From contig CAJJCY010000003.1 of the NCBI GenBank assembly GCA_905182865.1, positions 586,054 to 650,053 on the forward strand: 64,000 nt of DNA, read 5' to 3'. The notes under the pieces are model-generated. The model did not search any database. It saw nothing but the letters and a program-made list of their open reading frames with translations, and was not told the origin of the DNA. Source of the DNA: an uncultured SAR324 cluster bacterium. GTDB taxonomy: Bacteria; SAR324; NAC60-12. Made by a program: the position numbers and the translations under genes. This document shows positions 16,624-25,263 of the stretch, piece by piece (within the stretch, counting starts at the first letter, position 1; each line of letters starts with the position of its first letter).

Positions 16624-17130
16624 TTATGCGTCTCTCAGCATTTTATTAAGCCGCAAATTTGTAATTTTCATTTGTTCACCAGTTGCAATCTTTAGTTCTG
16701 TTTCCGGAGAATTCTCCAGCCGAGTCCGGAGCAGTTCCAGCATTTCCGATGCGCTTTTTCCCGTGGCGCAGACGATAAATATGTAACCGAATTTTTCTGC
16801 ATATTTTTGATTTTCGGTTTTCAATTTCAATTTTGTCTGCTCATCTGCGGACATCATTCCGGCTTGTTCTTTGCTCGTCCAGCTTTCCGTATTTTTTGCA
16901 TTATCCGGAGGTTTACTGGCACCAATTTTTGGATGAGCAGCAAAAGCCTCCAAATAATCGACTTCTCCCAAATCAGACCAAATTTGACCTGCCAACTCCA
17001 ACAGATGTGATACTGACTTGTAAGGCCGAACTGCTAACATTTTTTCAGTCCATTGGCTGGAACTGCAACATTTAAGCAGTTCAATATGTGCCTGTTTGAT
17101 ATCACAATGGTTCAAATCTTCTAAATTCAC
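16624..17130 (-). CDS. uraD: 2-oxo-4-hydroxy-4-carboxy-5-ureidoimidazoline (OHCU) decarboxylase
   Basis: 168-aa ORF with EAFAAHPKIG…SKEQAG…YAEKFGYIFIVCATGKSASEML, typical of UraD/PucL. Confidence 0.85.
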   Translation of the reverse strand: MNLEDLNHCDIKQAHIELLKCCSSSQWTEKMLAVRPYKSVSHLLELAGQIWSDLGEVDYLEAFAAHPKIGASKPPDNAKNTESWTSKEQAGMMSADEQTKLKLKTENQKYAEKFGYIFIVCATGKSASEMLELLRTRLENSPETELKIATGEQMKITNLRLNKMLRDA

Positions 17131-17188
17131 GAAGTTCCTTTAGATAAAAAATGTGCTGTGCTGTTTTAAATAATTTTTCTGGAAAAGA

Positions 17189-18163
17189 TTAAAAAAAGAA
17201 GGTGGAACTTAGTTCCCAATGGTTTGCAATAGGGGCGTTTTGTCCGTCAAGTGGGCGAGTGTAACCCAGGCGGACTTGCCATGGAGTAGAGAGTGGTTTT
17301 TGCTCAAGGTCACTCAGGTTACCGTAACCGAATTCAAAATTTATTTCTTTAAGAAAAGCAGCATTAGATTTACCTGTTGGCAAACTGCTCTCTGCCTGTT
17401 GGTAATAATGCAGTTCTGTGCCGGCAAATATATTTTGCCTCTCAATACTCCAGTTGTAGAAAAGGTCTGCGCGATTCCCTGCAGAGTAATATACTTTTTC
17501 TCCATCAAGTGTTTCACGTTTGCCAACCAGTTCATTTGTACCTTCTATCCTGAATGCATTCCGAATCCCGTGTGTCAGAGGATACCAATTAAATTGAAAA
17601 TAGGCACCTACTGAGCCATGGCCCTCTCCGGTTGAATTTGTAGAAATACCGCGGGGAGTCCCAGTTGTACCTGTAGGCAGTCGCAAAGTGTAGCCGCCGC
17701 GATTATGCCAGGTCGTAGTCGTAACTATATCTTTGGCAAATATAAGCTTGATATCACCAGGTCCACTTAGATTTTCTGAAGCCAAATTTTCGAGAACTTT
17801 CTGCTGAATAGCTGTAGCAGATTCAATTTTGAGAGTAGAGGTTTGTTTTTTTTGCAGTAAAGGTATAATTGCCTCCAGCATCCACTTTTCAGTAAGACCG
17901 TATGCAATACGGATTTCAAGTCTCTGCTCTTCACGCTGCAACTTACCAACGACCGAATCTCGCCATTCTCTGTCCCAGAGCATGAGTTGCTGCAAAGGTG
18001 CTTCTTCTCCATAACCATTAAAAGCTCGATCGTAAACTGGGGTATGCTGCAAACGCATTTCGACCTCCCAGACTGATTTCGGTAAGCGGCTTTCAAGCTC
18101 AATGGCGTGTGTTGGCGTTGGAATCAGGAATACTGTAACGAGAATTAAAAAATAATACTTCAT
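17189..18163 (-). CDS. Outer-membrane beta-barrel protein of unknown function
   Basis: 324-aa ORF with a signal peptide (MKYYFLILVTVFLIPTPTHA), alternating beta-strand-like pattern and a C-terminal …STFFF. Its start overlaps the maf stop. Confidence 0.6.
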   Translation of the reverse strand: MKYYFLILVTVFLIPTPTHAIELESRLPKSVWEVEMRLQHTPVYDRAFNGYGEEAPLQQLMLWDREWRDSVVGKLQREEQRLEIRIAYGLTEKWMLEAIIPLLQKKQTSTLKIESATAIQQKVLENLASENLSGPGDIKLIFAKDIVTTTTWHNRGGYTLRLPTGTTGTPRGISTNSTGEGHGSVGAYFQFNWYPLTHGIRNAFRIEGTNELVGKRETLDGEKVYYSAGNRADLFYNWSIERQNIFAGTELHYYQQAESSLPTGKSNAAFLKEINFEFGYGNLSDLEQKPLSTPWQVRLGYTRPLDGQNAPIANHWELSSTFFF

Positions 18164-18795
18164 GTGTACACCTCATGTTGAGTATTTTCTGCAAAGGAAA
18201 TCCAGCCATTTGCTGTCAAGTTTGGAATTATGCATTCAATGGGAAATCCTACAACATTGCTGTATGACCCGGAGATTGATTCAACTAAAATTGCACCTAA
18301 ACCTTGGATTGAATATGCACCAGCTTTATCAAAAGGTTCTTTGGAGTTAAGATACCACTCAAGCAGGTCGGCATCTAATTTTAAAAAACGGACTTCCGTA
18401 CAAACAAGATCTGTTATTTGATTTCCGGAAGAGGAATCTAAGATTGAATATCCGGAAAAAACCTGATGTGTCTTTCCACTAAATTGAGTCAGCATTGTCC
18501 TAGCATCCTGAATTGATTGCGGTTTACCCAGTATTTTACCATCAAAATAAACAATAGTATCTCCTGCGAGGATTATGACATCTTCTGCCAGTTTTGAGTA
18601 TGTCCTTTGTACCTGCAGGGCTTTTTCATTGGCCATTCGTTTGACAAAACTTTTTGCAGACTCACTTTTCTCTGGTGTTTCATTAATTTTTGGAGTGTGA
18701 CAGTCAAATTGGAGGCCATATTTTTTCAAAAACATCTTGCGACGAGGTGAAGAAGAGGCCAGACACAAAGGGCGATGCTGTAAGAATTGAGACAT
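18160..18795 (-). CDS. maf: Maf-family nucleoside triphosphate pyrophosphatase
   Basis: 211-aa ORF with LASSSPRR, LAGDTIV and KAGAYSIQG motifs. Confidence 0.85.
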   Translation of the reverse strand: MSQFLQHRPLCLASSSPRRKMFLKKYGLQFDCHTPKINETPEKSESAKSFVKRMANEKALQVQRTYSKLAEDVIILAGDTIVYFDGKILGKPQSIQDARTMLTQFSGKTHQVFSGYSILDSSSGNQITDLVCTEVRFLKLDADLLEWYLNSKEPFDKAGAYSIQGLGAILVESISGSYSNVVGFPIECIIPNLTANGWISFAENTQHEVYT

Positions 18796-18877
18796 TTTAT
18801 GAGAGTTTAAAGCAGATTGTTTATAAAGTTGCAGACGATGCAGGTAATTGCATTCATTCCTGTCTGGAATCAGGATT

Positions 18878-20764
18878 TCAGTTGAAGGCCATTTGAAGAC
18901 GTGTACGGAAATTTAAATTTTTTGACTGGAAGTTAGTTTGCACTGTGTTTTTAGATTTTGGTTTGTAAATATTGTCGATGTAGTAGCTAAGTATTTTTCG
19001 AACAACTGGAGCAGCAACTCTTGAACCGCCACCACCGTGTTCAACCAGTGCTATCACTGAAATTTCCGGATCTTCCGCTGGCCCAAAAGCTACAAACCAG
19101 GCATGGTTCTGAAATTCTTTTTTTAGCTTTGCTTCATCGTCAAGTGTCTCCATGGTTTTGTGACTGATAACCTGTGAGGTTGCAGTTTTTCCAGCAACAG
19201 TAAATTCTTCAAACTGAACTTTACGGGCAGTTCCACCAGCTTCATTTACCACTGCAACCATTCCCTTGCGGATTAAGCTCAAATATTCTTTGTTTAAAGG
19301 TATTTGTTGAGGTGCCGTTCCTTCATCTTCCAAAAAAATCCTGGGTGGGATCCATATTCCGTCATTTGCAAGAATATTAATCATATTAATTACCTGAAGT
19401 GGCGTAACAATAATAAAACCCTGCCCGATTGACATGGAAGGGGTTTCACCACCATACCATGGTTCGTTTAAAACTCTTTTTTTCCAACTGCTGCTGGGAA
19501 TTAATCCGGCTTTTTCATTCAAGAGCCCAACTCCGGTTAATTTTCCCAGGCGGAACAGACTTGCGTATTTATGCAACTCATCAACTCCTGCTCCCATTCC
19601 AGTATTATAGAAGAAGACGTTGCATGAACCTTTAATTGCGTCATGCAGTGTAACTCTTCCATGGCCCGTTTCCTTCCAGCATTTAAATGGATCACTGCGT
19701 CCTTTAATATGAAAAAACCCATTACAGACATATTCTGTTTCAGGAGTAATAGCACCCTTTTCAAGTCCTGCATAAGCTGTGACTACTTTAAAAATTGATC
19801 CGGGAGCATAAAGACCTTGAATAGCTTTGTTTTCCATAGGATGTTGCGGATTTTCCAAGAGACGTTTCCAATTTTCTGGATCTATTCCTCCTGAAAACAA
19901 ATTTGGATCAAAATCAGGAAAACTTGCCAGGGCAAGAATTCCGCCGGTTTTTGGATTCATGACAATTACCGCACCGCTTTCACCTTTCATGGCATCAGTT
20001 GCAACTTTCTGGAGACGGACATCCAGGCTCAAAGTGATATTTCTCCCAGGTACAGAGGGAACAGGTTCTCCTAAAACCCGCAGTTCCCTCCCCATATGAT
20101 CAACTTCAGCCTGTCGGCCGCCATCGAGTCCAATCATGTGATCGTTCTCAAGAAGTTCTACTCCTGAGTGACCAACAATCTGGCTGGAACTCCGTTTCTC
20201 TGCCGGCAATTCTGACCAATCTTCCTGGACAATTCCGACATAGCCGATAAGATGAGATGCCAATTCTTTTTGTGGATAAAACCTGCTTGGACGGACCACA
20301 ACAGAAACACCTGGAAAATCATCCTGAAATGTTTCCAGATGCATGGCTTTTTCATATTCCAAGTCTTCTACAAGTATAATCGGCCTAAACTGAGCCAAAT
20401 CCTGATTGGCATCAATTTTTTCCTTTAGTGCAGAATAGGAGATATTGAGAGATCCTGAAACTTTGTGCAAAGTTGTTTCCAGATTTGGTGTGTCTTCTCT
20501 TATCAGGAGCAGTTGGTAAGCAGGACGGTTTTCGGCCAGTAAAACTCCATTCCTGTCATAAATATTTCCACGCAAAGCAGGTTCCGGAACCAGACGAATG
20601 CGGTTGCCCTGAGAAAATTCGAGATATTTTTCGCCCTGAGAAATTTGCAGATACCAAAGACGCGAAGCCAGCATGGAGAAAATCAAAATTACGACTCCAC
20701 CTAAAATAATTATGCGAATCCTAATCTGATCCAACTCTTCAAAATTAGGAGGATTCAGTTTCAT
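18878..20764 (-). CDS. mrdA: Penicillin-binding protein 2 (elongasome transpeptidase)
   Basis: 628-aa ORF with an N-terminal TM segment, SxxK (GSIFK), SxN (SCN) and KTG-like (GKTATS) motifs. It follows mreC-mreD. Confidence 0.9.
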   Translation of the reverse strand: MKLNPPNFEELDQIRIRIIILGGVVILIFSMLASRLWYLQISQGEKYLEFSQGNRIRLVPEPALRGNIYDRNGVLLAENRPAYQLLLIREDTPNLETTLHKVSGSLNISYSALKEKIDANQDLAQFRPIILVEDLEYEKAMHLETFQDDFPGVSVVVRPSRFYPQKELASHLIGYVGIVQEDWSELPAEKRSSSQIVGHSGVELLENDHMIGLDGGRQAEVDHMGRELRVLGEPVPSVPGRNITLSLDVRLQKVATDAMKGESGAVIVMNPKTGGILALASFPDFDPNLFSGGIDPENWKRLLENPQHPMENKAIQGLYAPGSIFKVVTAYAGLEKGAITPETEYVCNGFFHIKGRSDPFKCWKETGHGRVTLHDAIKGSCNVFFYNTGMGAGVDELHKYASLFRLGKLTGVGLLNEKAGLIPSSSWKKRVLNEPWYGGETPSMSIGQGFIIVTPLQVINMINILANDGIWIPPRIFLEDEGTAPQQIPLNKEYLSLIRKGMVAVVNEAGGTARKVQFEEFTVAGKTATSQVISHKTMETLDDEAKLKKEFQNHAWFVAFGPAEDPEISVIALVEHGGGGSRVAAPVVRKILSYYIDNIYKPKSKNTVQTNFQSKNLNFRTRLQMAFN

Positions 20765-21261
20765 GCTGTATCACCTATGAAATGTTTTTCTCCCCAAATT
20801 ACACTTTGAAGAATAAATGGGGTTACCAGTCCATGTAAAACGGCAAGTGGAAGAGTTGAGGTCAACATTAGAGAAGACTGGTTAAGCTCAGTTTCTAGCA
20901 TGCTCAGAATGGATAGAGATATCCAACCCTCCAGGATTGTCATAACTGAGACAGCAAGGCTGAGTGCAAAAAAAGTATTTGCGTAAAATAATTTAATTAA
21001 CTGACGGGCAAGTAACAGGGTTACAAAAAAAGAAATTCCATAAAGCCCTATGTAACCATGCGAAAGTGCATCTAAGATAATTCCCGCAAATACACCGAGA
21101 AATGACAGTGAAATTGAAGAATGACGGAATGTCAGCAAAAGCATGAAAATAAGCATCCAGTTTATTTTTAAACCGACTGGTTGAAAATAGTGGTTGAAAA
21201 CGATGTTCATCAAGACACCGATTAACAAAATTCCTAAAGAAAGTGAGAATAATCGCATCAT
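20761..21261 (-). CDS. mreD: Rod shape-determining protein MreD
   Basis: 166-aa polytopic ORF between mreC and mrdA, with 4-nt overlaps on both sides. Confidence 0.75.
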   Translation of the reverse strand: MMRLFSLSLGILLIGVLMNIVFNHYFQPVGLKINWMLIFMLLLTFRHSSISLSFLGVFAGIILDALSHGYIGLYGISFFVTLLLARQLIKLFYANTFFALSLAVSVMTILEGWISLSILSMLETELNQSSLMLTSTLPLAVLHGLVTPFILQSVIWGEKHFIGDTA

Positions 21262-22112
21262 TCAACCATGGATTCAAATTCGTCAGACAAATTAGAATCA
21301 GTTATGGAAGGCAAAATAGCAAATACCTCTTCTATTTGATTAAAGTCAACAGCACTATCCAATCTTGCAGTTTTGAATAGTTCATGGGATTTGTGTTGTA
21401 TTCCACTAACCCAGCCAATTAGAATTCCTTTAGGATACAGATTCCCAAGACCACTGGAAATAACGCGATCTCCAATTTTAATTTTGGCATGCTGATTAAT
21501 CTGCCGCATTTCTATTCCATCGTGAGTTCCATATATCAAACCTTTAACACGATTACGTTGGATCAAAGCAGGTACACGGCTGCGGTGGTCAATAATCAGT
21601 TGTACTGATGACTGATAAGGTGATACAGACTGGATACGGCCAACCAGTCCCTCTTTGCGGATAACAATGAAGTTGCGCTGAAGCAATTGGTTACTGCCGC
21701 GGTTTATCAAGCGAATTTGATGATTGTTGTCGGCAGACTCTCCAATAATCTCTGAAAATATTTCCTTTCTGGCTTTATTTTGTGCAAAGAGCAGTTGAGA
21801 CCTCAATCTGAAAAACTGAACAGAATTCTCAATGTGCTGATTCAGTCTCCCTTCCATATTCAGCAACTCCTCTTTGAGCATATTATTCTCTTCATTAACC
21901 TCTATAAGATTTATGTAAGAATTCCAGATATTTTTTATAGTTGATACGACTGACTGCACTGAGGTCTGCACGGGGTATGTTATGGTTTGTACAGCTATTT
22001 GAAACCTGGATGTACCGGGCTTGTTAAATGTCTGATACATTAGGAAAAATAGAACGATGAAAGTAGCAATGATGAAAATATAAAGACGAAATGAACTGAT
22101 AAACTTGAACAT
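21258..22112 (-). CDS. mreC: Rod shape-determining protein MreC
   Basis: 284-aa ORF with an N-terminal TM segment, a coiled-coil, and MreC blocks (VIRKEGLVGRI…, GLGNLYPKGILIG). Confidence 0.85.
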   Translation of the reverse strand: MFKFISSFRLYIFIIATFIVLFFLMYQTFNKPGTSRFQIAVQTITYPVQTSVQSVVSTIKNIWNSYINLIEVNEENNMLKEELLNMEGRLNQHIENSVQFFRLRSQLLFAQNKARKEIFSEIIGESADNNHQIRLINRGSNQLLQRNFIVIRKEGLVGRIQSVSPYQSSVQLIIDHRSRVPALIQRNRVKGLIYGTHDGIEMRQINQHAKIKIGDRVISSGLGNLYPKGILIGWVSGIQHKSHELFKTARLDSAVDFNQIEEVFAILPSITDSNLSDEFESMVE

Positions 22113-22171
22113 ATTTTTATTAACGAGTGCTTTTTGTCAGTCTGTGACTGTGGAATAGTATTCTTAAAACT

Positions 22172-23461
22172 TCAGACAATTTCCCTTAGGAGTACTACGG
22201 GTTTCAGCATGTAGTCTGCCTGATTTATTTCCTCTAGAGCTTTGAGAATCAAACCTTCAGTACAGTTCTGGAGTGTCAATGTGAAAATCACGATTTCTTC
22301 CCCTTCTTTACCAATACGGTGGTACTGCGGCAACTGCTCTAAAGCATATATGTTAATTGAATGCCGTTCAAAGATACTACCGTAGTGACCGAATATTCCC
22401 GGGTGGTCCCGAACTTCAAAGCGTAATGTGTGGCGAAATTGTATGTTGTCCATCGATTCAATCTCTAACTTTCTGGAACCTGTGGGTTGAGGAAATGGTT
22501 CGGGGTGACTTTGAACTTTGTTCAAATCCGAAACAATCGCTGAGGCTGTCGGAAGGCTTCCTGCGCCTTTTCCAATGAGGGTGATGTCTTCTGTATACTT
22601 TCCTGTGAAAGTTACTGCATTTGTTGATCCGGATATTTTAGCCAGAATATCATCTTTTTTAATCATGAGAGGCAAAACATAAACTTGAACTCCTTGATCA
22701 CTGAGGCGAAGATTTGCGATCAATTTAATGCTCCGACCCATTCGTTCAGCATATTCAAAATCAGCCAGTTCCAAGTGATCAATTCCCTCCAAATTTATTT
22801 GCTCAGGCGCAAACCACTGACCAGTAATTAAATAAGTCAGAATTACGAGTTTGTAACGGGCATCAATTCCCTTGATATCGTTTGTCGGATCCTGTTCTGC
22901 AAATCCTAATTCCTGAGCCTGTGAAAGTGCAGTCTCAAAAGAAAGGTTATTGCATTCCATTTCACTTAGAATGTAGTTTGTTGTACCGTTCAGAATTGCC
23001 CGGATACTCTGAATATCCTGTACTTGCAGATAATCTTTAAGTAACCGCAAAACTGGAATTGCTCCAGCCACAGCCGCTTCAAAAAGCAAATGACGTCCGT
23101 TTTCTCTCGCGACTGTCATCAGTTCAGCACCGTGAACTGCAATCAAATCCTTATTTGCAGTAACGACATGTTTCCCGTTCTTTAAGGCCTTTGTGATCAG
23201 TTCACGGGAAAATCCGCTTCCTCCTATGGTCTCAACAATTACATTAACCTGTGAATCAGCAAGTAGTTTTTCCGGGTTATCATAAAACAATTCCGGTCTT
23301 TTTTCGAACCATGGCCGGGCAAATTTTCCCTTAGTATCACTTTCCAGAATTCCCACGAGATTAATGGTTGCATCAGGTTCTTTGCTATGTTGTTCTAAAA
23401 CGTGTGCGACACCACTGCCAATTGTACCGAACCCGGCAATTGCTATATTTAATGCTGACAT
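22172..23461 (-). CDS. hom: Homoserine dehydrogenase with C-terminal ACT domain
   Basis: 429-aa ORF with IAGFGTIGSGV, VVTANKDL and ILNGTTNYILSEM. Confidence 0.9.
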   Translation of the reverse strand: MSALNIAIAGFGTIGSGVAHVLEQHSKEPDATINLVGILESDTKGKFARPWFEKRPELFYDNPEKLLADSQVNVIVETIGGSGFSRELITKALKNGKHVVTANKDLIAVHGAELMTVARENGRHLLFEAAVAGAIPVLRLLKDYLQVQDIQSIRAILNGTTNYILSEMECNNLSFETALSQAQELGFAEQDPTNDIKGIDARYKLVILTYLITGQWFAPEQINLEGIDHLELADFEYAERMGRSIKLIANLRLSDQGVQVYVLPLMIKKDDILAKISGSTNAVTFTGKYTEDITLIGKGAGSLPTASAIVSDLNKVQSHPEPFPQPTGSRKLEIESMDNIQFRHTLRFEVRDHPGIFGHYGSIFERHSINIYALEQLPQYHRIGKEGEEIVIFTLTLQNCTEGLILKALEEINQADYMLKPVVLLREIV

Positions 23462-23490
23462 CAGTTTGATTCTTTTATTGTTGAATATTA

Positions 23491-24906
23491 TTAGTTAACA
23501 GAAGAGATTTCTGCAATTGCATCCATTTCAACATCTGCTCCTTTTGGCAAATTACTTACTTCTACACATACCCGTGCGGGTTTAGAATCATCAAAATATT
23601 CTGAGTATATTTCATTTAACTCACCAAATTGAGCCAGATTTTTCATGTAAATTGTTACTTTCAGTACATGTTTCAATCCCGAACCTCCTGCTTCCAGAAT
23701 TATTTTAAGATTTAAAAGTACCCGGTGACATTGTTCTGCAAACGAATTGCCAACCATTTCTCCACTCTCAGGATCAACGTCCTTAAATATGAAAAAATTA
23801 CCTTCTTCGTCTTTACCTAACTTCATACGGGTGCAGGCGCCTTTGATGTTTTGATAATTGAACGTGACATTATTTGGTTTACTCAGAAAATTATTTATCA
23901 ATTTTTCAATATCACTACCAAGATCAGTTTTAGATTTAACTTCATCTCTCAAATAAATTTCGTTATATTGATTTATATTACCAAAAAATAAAGTTTTGTT
24001 GCCATTAATTATCATTGGCTTGTCAGTATACTTTGCTGACCACTGGCACAAAGGTTCTTTGTTTTCAAAACACTTATTCATTGCATGGATTGCGAGTGGA
24101 TGGAAAATATCTACACCTGCATTATCCAGTAATGTCAACATTTTATTAAGATCTTTGGGCTTGAATCCATCATCAATTTTATCAAAGATGGAAAAGTAAT
24201 AACTAAGTGGAATTTTGATAGAATCACGGTTCTTGATAGAGTTAACTACATCCAGTGCCAGTTGCACACGATTCTCAATTTTTGCTGAACCATATTCGTC
24301 ATCACGATTGTTAAGTTTTTTACTACAACATTGATCCAGCAATTGTTGTTCAGTTCCATTTATTTCAATAAAATCCATACCGGCTTCTTCTGCCCGTTCA
24401 GCAGCATGCACAAAATTGAGTACAATTTCTTCAACATCACCTTGATCGAATTCACGGCTGATGTCAAAATCTCGACCAAAATTCATCATAGAAGGCCCCA
24501 CAGGCTGTTCGTCACAAGTACTTTCAGAAGTCTGTGCACCTGCATGACTGAGACGGATTCCGATAGTGGCACCCTCTTTTTTTACACCCTGGGCTAATTT
24601 TTCCAAACCCTCAAGATGCTCTTCATTTGAAATTCCCAGCTGGTTGACGTGACTTCGCCCCTGCTTTGTCACATAGGCAGACTCCACAATTATCGTACCT
24701 GCACCTTGCCGTGCTAAAGAACGGTAGTGTTTGATTATTGCCAGTGTTACTTTGCCATGTACATCCGCGTGATCGTCCACTGTTGGCGGTGCAAGGATAC
24801 GATTCGGGGACTGAATTCCTTTAACTTTAAAGGGCTGAAAAACGGAAGCGATTTTTGACTGAGCATTTTTTTCTGAAATTGAACTAGATTTTGATACGGA
24901 AGGCAT
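23491..24906 (-). CDS. Fusion protein: degenerate Old-Yellow-Enzyme-like TIM-barrel domain plus C-terminal RidA/YjgF domain
   Basis: 471-aa ORF. The N-terminal ~300 aa are OYE-like (FQPFKVKGIQSPNRILAPP…, IGIRLSHAGAQ, …RDDEYGSAKIENR). The C-terminal ~120 aa are RidA-like (…VLKVTIYMKNLAQFGELNEIYSEYF…PARVCVEVSNLPKGADVEMDAIA). Confidence 0.7.
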   Translation of the reverse strand: MPSVSKSSSISEKNAQSKIASVFQPFKVKGIQSPNRILAPPTVDDHADVHGKVTLAIIKHYRSLARQGAGTIIVESAYVTKQGRSHVNQLGISNEEHLEGLEKLAQGVKKEGATIGIRLSHAGAQTSESTCDEQPVGPSMMNFGRDFDISREFDQGDVEEIVLNFVHAAERAEEAGMDFIEINGTEQQLLDQCCSKKLNNRDDEYGSAKIENRVQLALDVVNSIKNRDSIKIPLSYYFSIFDKIDDGFKPKDLNKMLTLLDNAGVDIFHPLAIHAMNKCFENKEPLCQWSAKYTDKPMIINGNKTLFFGNINQYNEIYLRDEVKSKTDLGSDIEKLINNFLSKPNNVTFNYQNIKGACTRMKLGKDEEGNFFIFKDVDPESGEMVGNSFAEQCHRVLLNLKIILEAGGSGLKHVLKVTIYMKNLAQFGELNEIYSEYFDDSKPARVCVEVSNLPKGADVEMDAIAEISSVN

Positions 24907-24936
24907 TGCTGTTTCTATGTGTTGATTGTTAAATGA

Positions 24937-25263
24937 TTAACGCTGTGCTTTTTCTTCTAAGCCAGATTGACCGAACCGTTTTTTCAGTTCTTGTGAAATA
25001 TCTTCTATTGTAATCCCCTGATATCCCATCAGGATTAGCAAGTGAAACCAGAGATCGGTAATTTCGTGTATTTGATCTTTCCTGTTCTCGTTTTTTGTGG
25101 CCAGAATTACTTCGGCAGATTCCTCACCGATTTTTTTTAAAATGGAATCTATACCTTTGTCCATCAAGGAAGATACATATGAATTATCCGGAGAGCAATT
25201 TTTTCGGTCCAGGATAACATCATAAACCCTTTGAAACATTGTTGCGGATGTTCCTGTTTTCAT
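24937..25263 (-). CDS. hisE: Phosphoribosyl-ATP pyrophosphatase (monofunctional HisE)
   Basis: 108-aa ORF with KKIGEESAEVILA…EITDLWFHLLILM. ATGA overlap with the upstream regulator gene. Confidence 0.85.
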   Translation of the reverse strand: MKTGTSATMFQRVYDVILDRKNCSPDNSYVSSLMDKGIDSILKKIGEESAEVILATKNENRKDQIHEITDLWFHLLILMGYQGITIEDISQELKKRFGQSGLEEKAQR

